DNA of 64,000 bases, taken from Cystobasidiomycetes sp. EMM_F5 (lineage: Eukaryota). The notes beneath the pieces are model-generated. The model did no database searches. It worked only from the letters and a program-made list of their open reading frames with translations, and was not told where the DNA came from. Below, piece after piece: positions 1 through 10,343 of the stretch (its first letter is position 1; each line of letters opens with the position of its first letter). Where the stretch lies: the NCBI GenBank assembly GCA_051047955.1, contig JBPGPT010000012.1:248001-312000 (forward strand), read 5' to 3'. The position numbers and the translations under genes were made by a program.

Positions 1-396
1 ATACCGCACAGAAAGTCTCGCAATGCAGATATATTTGGTACCTCGTTTGGGAACAGCGATAGCGTGCCATGTCCTCCACCAAGGATACGACCTGTAGAGA
101 CAACAAATCCGTGAATACGTCGCCTGCTATTGAAGTATCTCAGTCGTTGCGGTTAGTTCAGTATCAATACGGAGGCTACGCTGTTGGACCGGCATGTAGC
201 TTGTCCATGCTTATATAAACGCGTATAGTTTTAGCTTTAGCGGAATGCAGATCTTGTTGTGCAGGGACAATATATATATCGCTTGATTATGGTTATCCAG
301 GAATGGCAGTCGCAGACCATGGACAATCGCGCACAACAACTAAATGCTACATCTTCGGTGCACACGACAGGAGAGAGAGGTGCGGTCTCGCATATG

Positions 397-1118
397 CTAC
401 AGGAGGAATGTGACGGTTGAATAGCTGCCAATTACGATGACTATTCCAAGTGGTGTTAGCTGTGGCAGTATCGTGCGAGACTTTGCAACGCCAGACTTGC
501 CTAGGGTTTGAGCAGAGACCCAGAGAAACGGGACCCAAGTCGACATGCGAAGGTAAGCCGCGTTGTATATTGCAGCTACGGCAGGGGGCGAAAAAACACA
601 ATGTTCAGCAGCAGTGCGTTGCGACCGACAGAATGGGATCAATTCACCAAGAGCAAATCCTGACGCACATTCGTTGCACAAGTCAGAATCATTATCCGCC
701 TTGTGAGATTGTGACCTACCAATGACGGTGGCACTAATAAAGCTGACAATACCTCCGACCAGGACAAATATTATTGGCACGATTGCTGCGTACGGGAGGT
801 ATTTTCTACCTCGTCGTGCAAAGACGAAGAATGCCCACAGCCCGCATAAAAGAAAGGACCCGGCTGTCAGGATCATCGACCAGTATACAGTATATCTCCA
901 TATGGCTGCGACGAGGTAGTCAGCAGCGCGGCAGCCAAGTCCGCGCACTTCAGCCCACAGCTAGGATAGTATAGGTAGTTTGGGACATTCCATGGCAGAT
1001 ACAGGCCTGGCCAGTCTGGAATCACGTAGCCGTCCGGCGGGGCGATATACAGGCCGCCGTCCACTGTCAGGGCAGCGAAGTCAGCCCTGCGTGGCCTAAA
1101 CAGCTGTTGTGCAACCAT
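397..1118 (-). CDS. Small conserved fungal integral membrane protein (about 4 TM), spliced
   Basis: Exons join as MVAQQ...YLYYPS|SIWRYTVYWSMIL...ATVI|GFAL|AAIYNAAYLRMSTWVPFLW...QTL|VIVIGSYSTVTFLL*. Hydrophobic helices are present. It has a 12-nt microexon (648-659) and a GC-AG intron (441-500). An alternative start lies at 1139. Confidence 0.75.
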
Positions 1119-1269
1119 CTTACATGCACCATCACTCATTAATCCACGACGTGCAGCATGTATCGGTTTGAAATTAAAGTCCGTTTCAATGTTTGAGCGC
1201 AGTTTCGAGAGTTCGCAAGTTGGAACAGGTCAACCTGGCCAAAAGCACCGCTGAAAGCGTCTGTTAAAC

Positions 1270-2350
1270 ATGGGCTACATAGCGGAACTGCAGCGTAAGA
1301 CGCTCGAAACGCTCATGGGCGCGGAAGCCATGGGCACACTACCGGCGGACTCAAAGTTCACCGACGCCAATGTGTGCCGCAACTTTCTGTGCGGGATGTG
1401 TCCCCATGACTTGTTTACCAATACGGTACGTGGAGTGCAGTTCTAGAGCGGTTCCCGCTCACTCAGACTGATTTCATTTGTGCAGAGGGAGGATCTGGGC
1501 AGATGTCCCAAGCTGCATTCAGCCAAACTCAAGGATGACTACGACAAGGCTATAGTTGCAGCGGGTGCAGGCGAAATGCAGAATGGAGAAAAGGACTCTT
1601 CAGGGTATTTGCTAAAAGACCTCGAGTCCATACGACGCGAGCATGAGCGAAACATCATCGGCTTTGTGGACGAATGCAATAGACGAATCAACAACGCCCA
1701 CAAGCGCTTGCAAAAGACACCCGAGGAGAACAACAAGACCACAATGTTGATGCGCGAGATTGGAGAGCTGCAGACAGCGTACGATGCCACGATGGAGGCC
1801 GTAGCGGAATTGGGTGAAGCAGGCAATGTCGAGCAGTCTATGGAAGAAGCAGCGAAAGCGGATGCACTGCAAGCGGAAAAGAAGAGTAAGGAAACCGAAT
1901 TACAACGCCTGACCGATACGTCCGGTGCATCTGGTCACCAAAAATTACGAGTCTGCGACATTTGCGGCGCCTATTTATCTATTCTCGATTCAGACAGACG
2001 TCTAGCGGACCACTTCGGCGGAAAGGTAAGCTCGAAGAATGTTTGATGTGCCCACCAGTTCTGGTTTTTAATGCAGTCTTCGGCAGATGCACTTGGGTTA
2101 CCTGCAATTACGGGACACGATAGAGCAATGGCGCACACGAGGTCCTCTCAACTTGGCTGCAGCACCGGAGAGCATGAAGCCTCCACCAGTACCAGAAAAT
2201 AACCCTGCGTACGCTGGCTTGAACCAAGTTGCCAGCACAAACGGAACGGCCAGTGGCGATTCTCGCGAAAATACAGCCAAGCGACAATCAGACATGGCAG
2301 ACAGCGTAGACGGTAATCGCGAACGCGAAAAGCGGCGGCGGTACGACTGA
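1270..2350 (+). CDS. LUC7: U1 snRNP-associated splicing factor Luc7
   Basis: Exons 1270-1425, 1486-2025, 2087-2350. Zinc finger 1 is VCRNFLCGMCPHDLFTNT|REDLGRCPKLH; zinc finger 2 is QKLRVCDICGAYLSILDSDRRLADHFGGK|MHLGY. Confidence 0.96.
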
Positions 2351-2805
2351 GGTCAATGACAGCGCAGTGATGTAGATTATGCTTCTGTATGAGCAGTGTG
2401 TTGTAAGTTACAGGAGTAGGCTAATCTCTGATGCAAAAGCAGGATGCAGGTCCGGAGAGTGGATACATGCTTGCGAGCAAGCGGGTATGCTGAAATCACA
2501 TCGCCAAGGGCGAAAGTATGGTGAGCTGGCTCGCGGCTGGGTCGCCACGGCGCGTAGCACCGTGTTTTATACATGAAGAAGAAGCGAAGGAGCAGCTGTC
2601 TGTTCTGTGCGCTGCAGTCGGGCCGATGGCGGAGAAGAAGCAGAGAAACCGTTAGCGAGCGACACTGCCGCTGCTTTGGCATCGTCACGGACAATCAAGC
2701 GCATCCGCTTGATCACAGGAAAGTGCGGAATCTCAGCATCCCGTATATGGTGCTGCGAGCAGTAACGTCTATGCATCAGTCTGATGATTGCACTGGGACC
2801 GGTAA

Positions 2806-5800
2806 TCAACCTACTTTGCTAGCAGGCTTTTCGGCAGCCGGCTCGTTCAGGCTGCGCTTGCGCACTAGCGCTAGCATCGCAAGGAGGTCATCATCTGACA
2901 TTCGAACGAACAGCGCTTCGACCGAGCGCGCATCTTGCTTGGCATGCTCGATACAGATCACTCCCTCTGTCGCGACACAGGTGACGTGTGAGAGATAACA
3001 ATATGAATGATCAATGCGGCACTGGTGATGGTCTTTGCCAGGCGTTGACGTCTCGACCGTTTCTCGCACATTCGGCACGAGCTTTCTGATGCTCTGCCTT
3101 TCCAATAATTCGCGATCGACCATTTCCTGAAAATGCGGCAAAAGCCACTGGGCTGTACGCATAGTGTCGTCGTGACGGAAGATACTAATGAGCAGCTCGT
3201 CGTGCGAAAAGACGGGATTTTTGCCCATCTGCTTGTAGCGCTTGACGCATGTCAAATCATGCTCCAGCCAGTCAGGCAGACAGAAGTTTACCGCCTCGTT
3301 ATAGTTGAAGTCGTGATTAAAGCCTGCATGATAGGCCTTGGGGAGGGTGATGACATATTCGCCAGGTCGCTGGTCGCAAACGCAGATTCGAACGCCGGCA
3401 CGCTTAAGCCTTCCTGGACTCATGAGCGTGACCAACTGGTATAGTAGGTCTGGCTGCTCTTGAAAAAGTTCGGGTGCTGCAGATTTCATCGCGGCTTCTA
3501 ATTTGACATCGTCCTCTCCTGGTACTCCATACCACGTCTTGGTGCCACCCCAGTGGTGGTAGTTGACGCTGCATTACATTGATCAGCATACTCCATCGCA
3601 ACTTGGCACCGAATCCTGCCTACCTATACGTGTAGTGGTCTTCTTTGTGCCAAGCGAAGGTACTCAGAGCCTGACCAACGTAGCCCTGGTTTGCGTATAT
3701 GAGTATTAGCCATGCTCTGCCATTCTCGGAAGTACGATGCACGTACCCAAGGCACCGTCATGCCCGAAATGTCTTTGTTCACGTGTCGAAGAAGTGAACC
3801 CTTCAATGTCGCACTGCCGCAATAATACTCCAAGATTAAGTCTTGCGAAGGACCCGCATCACGAGTGCAACTCACATATTATTCAAGTTCCATGGGTGCT
3901 TTGCATACTCGTTGTCTGGATGCGTCTTTGTCGTTGCAATGCCGCTGAGTGGTTGTGGTTAGACCTCCCGAACCCTTGCGGCTTAAACTTACTTACCTGC
4001 CCCAGACAGTCGTGTGCAGATCTGCACCATACTCAGCGTCGACATTCTCCTTCTGTGACTCCACAAGTTTCCAGAATTCTCTCTCTAAATGGTCTTCGAG
4101 TGTGATCTCGTTCATCAAGGCAGTCTCCGCATCGGACTCTTTTATGAGATTGCACGCGGGATGAGCACTTAGATACTTCCGTCGAAATGACGCAGCTCTG
4201 CGCTGAAAGGTTGCAAAGCTGTGCTCTTGGCCCTCCTCGAAACCATAGTCTGCACCAGTGTGAACGATGCACTCGTCGCAAATCCAGTTGCCATTGGGAA
4301 CCTTGTCTAAAGGTGGCTCCAAGCACTGAAGGTGGTAACCCTGCGACTGCAAATCAGACCGTATTGGTCGTCTCAGCATATCCAAGCTCACCTTGTCACA
4401 ATCGTCGCACAGCAAAATGTTTGCCTGCATCATCACAATTATCAGCCTCAGGATAGCTGCTGTACCGTGTCATTCACCTCATCGTGGTCTCCGCCGCAAA
4501 CTTCACAAAACTTTACGCTAAATCAGCTCAATCCGTAGTCGATTGGTGAGCTGGCCTACATCTCCGGTTTTTAGGGCTGATTGATCCCGGACGTTGTCAT
4601 CCTCTGTCTTGAAACCTGTCTCGAGTGCCGAAGCTACGGCGTTTAAATCAGTGAGACTCACATAGGAGGAAGATCGGCCACCTCACCATCGGTAGATATA
4701 CATGAAGGCATGAGGTCGGGCGATGCATTGAGTGCGTCACTGAGTCTGATGTGGGCTTCTTTGACCTCTTCGGATGTTATAGCTGCGGATGCGAGAGACG
4801 TTTGTGCTGGCATGCTTCTCATTCCACCAGAGCTGGACGATGTACTGCCTAATTTGGGAGAATCGGATGGTTTGGTCTCGAATCTACTCTTGTACTCCTC
4901 AAAAGGTGCAATAACCTTGTAGTAAGCAAATTTGAGCTGGCCCGCCATCTGTGGAGCCGCCTTTTGGTGATAGCCCATAAGACGGGCAATATGGGCCCAT
5001 TGCCTCTCTTTGCTTACCTGCCGATACTTGATATCAATCATCACACCTTTGTAATCATTATGGGCGTACTCACAACAGCGTGCCCGCCCTGTCCGGCAAC
5101 TTCCTTGCGCAGTCTCCACAAATTGACAGGTTTTCCACCAACACTCGGAATAGTCACTTTGGTCTTGTTCTGCTGGCTGTGAAACAGGTAGAGCTGTTCC
5201 AGAAAGTTTAATGTAGCTCTAGCAGACGCCTCCATGGAATTCAATCGCTGGACGCGAGTCTTGAAGCGGAATGTCTGGATTCGAGCAGTAAGCATATTGC
5301 CCTGCTGCGTTCACATTAATAATGCGCACCTGCGTATCAAGGACGAACGGCGGCTTCCATGTTGACGGAGGAACAACTTTGAATATGCCAGCTTGCGCGG
5401 ATTGCGAGTCTCGTGCATACCGCTGTATACAGGTGATGGGATCGGCAAACTCCTCCTCGGTCGGATAGTAGACCGGACAATGCTCCAATCCAAACAGACG
5501 CGGCCTGGATCTGGGAGGTAGGCGTATAGGCGCCGATGTTCTGATGGTCGAAAAGTCTAGCGGTTCTGATTCCGCTAATTCACGCTTCGTTGGTCGTTTC
5601 GATACGTATGAGGTGGTCGATGCGGCTTTCACTGGCCTCTTTACCTTGGGCTTGTCAGATACGTCGGAGAGTTCGGATAGACTATCGTCATCAGACTCCA
5701 TGCTGTGTTCAGATGTTGTAGCTATACTATCTGGTGTCTCGGCTCTACGGATGATGGAACGGCGGGCTGCAGCGGGAGAGATGTGGGGTTTGAAACATGC

Positions 5801-5975
5801 AAACGAGAATGTGGAGATGTAGGAAGTCAGTGCGTAGATTCAGGTTGACGTAGCCGCTTCACAACCGCCTACCAGGTCTGCCGCTGTTTGTACTCCGACG
5901 ATAGGCTCCCCCGGCTGCAAAGCTACCAGGAGGCCCGCCTTGGACGACCGCATCTCCGACGACGATGCGTACCAT
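2806..5975 (-). CDS. KDM5: KDM5/JARID1-family histone H3K4 demethylase (JmjN-ARID-PHD-JmjC-C5HC2), short form
   Basis: JmjN CPVYYPTEEEFADP; ARID VNLWRLRKEV; PHD LLCDDCDK..YHLQCLEPPL..WICDEC; JmjC FAWHKEDHYTY|SVNYHHWGGTKTWY and YHAGFNHDFNYNEAVNF. The ATG at 5975 splices in frame via intron 5872-5767. Confidence 0.92.
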
Positions 5976-6644
5976 GTTGGAGGTGTCAGCGGGGCTTGTG
6001 TGCGGAGTTGCAGGCCATTTGTGCAGAAATGTCTAGTTTAGATTGACTTGACCCGCTTGCTCTGGTTTCGCCACCACGTACGGCCTGTCAAAGGGCAAAC
6101 GAAGGCGGGGCAAATTGACAAGTTGCGGTTTAACTAGGTCTGGCAATTGTGCATTGTATGAGACGCATCACAAGGTATACACGCTATGCACTAGGACACA
6201 GTAGGGGACAGATACATGGAGGCAGCGTGCGAAATGTCATCGTGACTTTCTATGAACTGCATTTTCGGAAGCCGACGGATAGCTGCATGCTAGGAAGACT
6301 TCAGGCGAGAAAGCACGGTGTCACGCTTGTTACGAATCATGTGATCTCTCCGTAATGTGACAGGCTGATTACTGTCCAGACGCTCCCCTAAGGCTGAATC
6401 TCATTCTCCGGAAGAATGAGGTGCTCTGACAGGACGCAAGGATTAATGAGAAGGATTCATGAAGGGCAATCTTGAGACGTTCCCGCGTCAGCTGCCTGTT
6501 TTGCGGGTGTATTATGTGCCCTGTGTGTCTGCGCTGGAAGGGCGAAAATTGTCAGTATTACGCTACCCGTGTATCAGACTGGCCACTCGCGAAAATCGTC
6601 AATATAACGCAGATTGCGCAAGGTCGAGAGGATTATGATGGCTG

Positions 6645-6769
6645 TTGCAACGTCAGACCAATGACTCGTCAGCCTAGTCAGCCTGGCGTGGGCGTTGTCA
6701 GCATGTCTGGTGAATGAGTCAAGCGATAGCTGGATGAATCAACAAGGATGCAGTCATCGTGACGTGCAA
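6645..6769 (-). ncRNA. Candidate box C/D snoRNA
   Basis: Minus strand reads TTGCACGTC-ACGATGA (C-box-like) ... CTGA-CGTTGCAA, giving a terminal stem with one bulge, plus internal CTGA motifs. No convincing rRNA guide was found. Confidence 0.25.
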
Positions 6770-6799
6770 TTGCTTGTAGAGGGTAATGTGAATTTGAAG

Positions 6800-6825
6800 C
6801 TCTCTCTTTCTCTCTTTCTCTCTCC
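6800..6825 (+). repeat. CT-rich microsatellite/pyrimidine tract upstream of RPL19
   Basis: ctctctctttctctctttctctctcc, about 120 nt upstream of the ATG. Confidence 0.7.
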
Positions 6826-6943
6826 TGATTTATTCCATGGCCAGCTTGGGTGATCGAGGAAAAATCCACCCTCGAGTGACCCAAAGACCCGCTAAGAGCC
6901 AGGCCAGACCGACAGCGACACCGCTACCAGCAATCTGAACACC

Positions 6944-7922
6944 ATGACGCAGCTGAAAGCACAAAAGGTGTGTATATGATGGTCCAGCGTGGCAGCAGCG
7001 GGGGCCGGAGACCAGCGATAGCCGCTGGCGATGGGACGAGATGGTCCCATCTCGAGATCGGCAGGGTCCAGCTGCACTAGACGCTGAGCAAGAGCAGGAG
7101 TCACCGAGTGGAATATACGACTGACTTGTGTACTCGATATTTGTGCGCCCGATAGAGACTGGCGGCGTCCGTCGCAGGATGCGGAAAGAGAAAGGTCTTC
7201 CTCGATCCCGCACAGTACGTCGCTCTATTCGCCCGGCGTCCGCTGGCAGATGATGTAGCTTGCTAATCTGCCCCGCTGCGTCGCTTGCAGTCTCTCCGTC
7301 ATCGCCAATGCCAACTCACGACGAAACATCAAGAAGCTCTTCTCTGGTAGGCGCCCAGACCCACGACTGGTGTATTGTTACTGCTCAACTGACGCACATC
7401 CCGGTTAACACAGACAACATTATTGTCAAGAAGCCAGCAGTCATTCACTCGCGAGCGCGCACGCGAGACATGCAAGCCGCAAAGTCCAAGGGTCGTCACA
7501 CCGGTACCGGTAAAAGAAAGGGTTCTTCCGAGGCTCGTATGCCAACAAAGGTTCTATGGATGCGAAGACAGCGTGTCCTGCGCCGTCTCCTACGCAAGTA
7601 CCGCGAGCAGGGCAAGATTGACAGCCATCTCTACCACGACCTATACATGAAGAGCAAGGGTAACGTGTTCAAGAATAAGCGTGTATTGATGGACTACATT
7701 CACAAGGTGGGCCAGTGTGACCAGTGTATATGTCGCATCCCTTGGCTAATGTTTTTTCTATCCGTACAGGCGAAAGCAGAAAAGACCCGTGCCAAGCTGC
7801 TCACAGACCAGATGGAGGCTCGTCGGTCAAAGAACCAAGCTGCCCGCGCCAGACGTGCGGATCGTATCGCAGAGAAGAGGAGCGCAATCGTCGAGATCGA
7901 GCACGAGGAGGCCAAGGAATAG
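6944..7922 (+). CDS. RPL19: 60S ribosomal protein eL19
   Basis: 5 exons: [27 protein letters not shown]|..[66 protein letters not shown]. Intron 1 is 6968-7155. Confidence 0.98.
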
Positions 7923-8329
7923 ATGGCCAGCGCTGTCTAGTCGTAGAGAGCGATGGCAGGACGGCGGGTGCACGCGACAGTCATGTGTCAGTGCGCAACA
8001 CTTCTCAGAGAGTGTCCAGCGTATGCCTCCTTCTCAGCGTCTCATTTCTGTCGGCGAATTCTCGTTGCCTGGTTTGGGTTTATGCAGTTCAATGTCATAT
8101 TTACACCATTCGCTACAACGGCTGGGCTTGCGTAATTTTTCCTGTTGATCTTACGTGTTCGTTGGCATACACGTGTCCGCGCCTTCATGAATATCGAATG
8201 TCGTAATGTGTATACGTACAGCGGCAACCACTTGACACAGCCTGGTCTTTCGATGAAAGTCGAAGGGTATGTAGGTACAGGCTACCGTACAGCTTTATCG
8301 CCATACACTCTACCAGTTTTGCAATGGTT

Positions 8330-10067
8330 TCACTTTGTCGCCTTCTTCTTGGCATCGCTAGCAGTCTCCTCGCCTAATTCTTTTGCTTGTTTCGATCTCT
8401 TCTCAAGTACCGCTTTTATCTCCTCGTAGCTCTCCTCCAACAGCTTTTCAAAGTCTCCACCCTTCTCTTGCGCTAGCTTGCGCATCTCATGTAGAGATCC
8501 GAGGGCAGGAATAGACCCCAATAACTGGATGGCGGACGTCCGTCAGTTTCTAAGCTCAGGGCATTTTGTTACTTCAATACGCACTGCGTCAGCACCGGGA
8601 ATGTTCTTGGCCTTGTCCGCAGCTGCGTTCGCAATGTCTCCGCCCTTGTCCTTTGCAAGCTGTTGCAGCTCTGCTGCGCGCTTCTTGACAATATCCATCA
8701 GTTTTGAGGCTGAAATAATCGGTAATGTTGGCGATTTAATCAGCATCTGCCATCGTGCTATTCATTTTGAAAGCAGACTGACTGTCGCCCTTCTTCCCGG
8801 CTGCCTCAATCTCGCCATAAGTATCGTTGATGAGCTTGACTCCGTCATCGCCAATGTACTGCTTGAGGCCACCAATGCTGTCCTCGAGATATTTCTTGAC
8901 CTCTGGAGCCTTGTCAAGATACGGTCGCGCGCTCTCTGCTGCCTTGCCGTAAGCGTCCTTGCCGGCTTTCGCACCCAATTCTTGGATCTCTGCAAGCTTC
9001 TTCTTTGCCAATGTTGAAGCCTTCATGACCGACTCGACGTTCAAGCCTTGGTCTGCGATATCCTTAATCTGCTTGATAGTATCGTCGGCAATCTTCTTTG
9101 CTTGCGGTCCGTATTTGTCGCCAAGGGCATTGATTTGCTCAAGCGAGCCATAGACCGCCTCCTTCAGCTGCGGGTTCTTCTCAAGGTATGGTCCCAAAGT
9201 GTTGGCAGACAGTTGACTCGACAGCTTCTGGACCTTGACTACTGCAGCTTGGATAGCTGCCATGACCTTTTCGCTGACATCGTCTCCACCTGCCGCTGCC
9301 GCCTTGCTAATGTCGCCGTACACTTCCCTGTTAAATACAGCATTGCTCAATTTGTGGCCCTACCTTGATTCTTGCACGAATACGTACTTAATGATACGCT
9401 CAACCTCGGGTCCGTTCTTCTCGGCAATTTGGTCAATTTGATCAAACTGAGTAAAGCACGCGTCAGGCTGAATAGCAACTTTACTCTTGTCACAGTAGCT
9501 GCTCACTGTTTGATCGACAAGGTAGGCAGCACCGGGGAAGGCAGCTGCATGCAAAGTCAGACATGGGTATGACGCATATTATCCGAAATTGGCTGCGTAC
9601 CTGCATATGAGTGGGCGGCTGACCTGACCATGCCCAACATGGCTTTCGCTGAAGGCGTTGATGCAAGTGCCTTGTCTTTGATGTTAGTGACTGTCGCTGA
9701 AGCGCCTTTGACGGTGTCGACAGCCTTCTTGGCGCCAGAGTAATGGTAGTATCCATAGACTGAGAGTCGTTCGTTACCACGAATTTCTCGGGCATTCCTA
9801 GAGTCCCAACTTACTGCCAACAAGTACGAGACCACCTCCGAGCGCTCCAGATACTAGGTGACTGCCTTGATTTGTCGCGGCTTGTTCCGTCTGAAAGCAT
9901 ATTATGAGAAGAGATAGGCAGACTCAGCTCCCGACACAACGGAACTGCAGACGACTCACGGCAGTAGCATACGAGCGCAGCTGCGTAATGCGAACAACTT
10001 GATTGTTCCGGCGGAGTGCTGCAGACCGGAATGCCGGTCTCAGGGCTGTGATGGTAGATCTTTGCAT
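8330..10067 (-). CDS. LEA/apolipophorin-like helical protein with mitochondrial presequence and one TM segment
   Basis: R-rich presequence MQRSTITALRPAFRSAALRR...RSYAT, a Gly-rich TM followed by YGYYHYSGAKKAV, then long A/K/E/D-rich amphipathic helices. Several GT-AG introns. Confidence 0.7.
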
Positions 10068-10343
10068 GATGGGAAGAGTGAAAGATTCGCAGGCTGTGTT
10101 CAAATATCTCTCGGAGAATGAAGTGCAGTAGTGCGTCAAGCTGTCCACTCATTTCAAACTTTGTGCCAGCCGATCAGCCTGGCGGCGTGCCTGGCGGTGA
10201 CGTGTGGTTGACCGTGTTTGGCCGGGCAGCTGAGCGGCTGTGGGGTCAACCTCTGCTGGATGCGCGCTTCTTGTACACTGCTTTGACTATTTGCATGTTT
10301 CTCAACTGTGTCAACAACAAACTACAGGGAATAGCTGAACATT

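Noticed and set aside
1..230. Possible 3' end of an upstream gene
   Set aside because: There is too little sequence to support a call.
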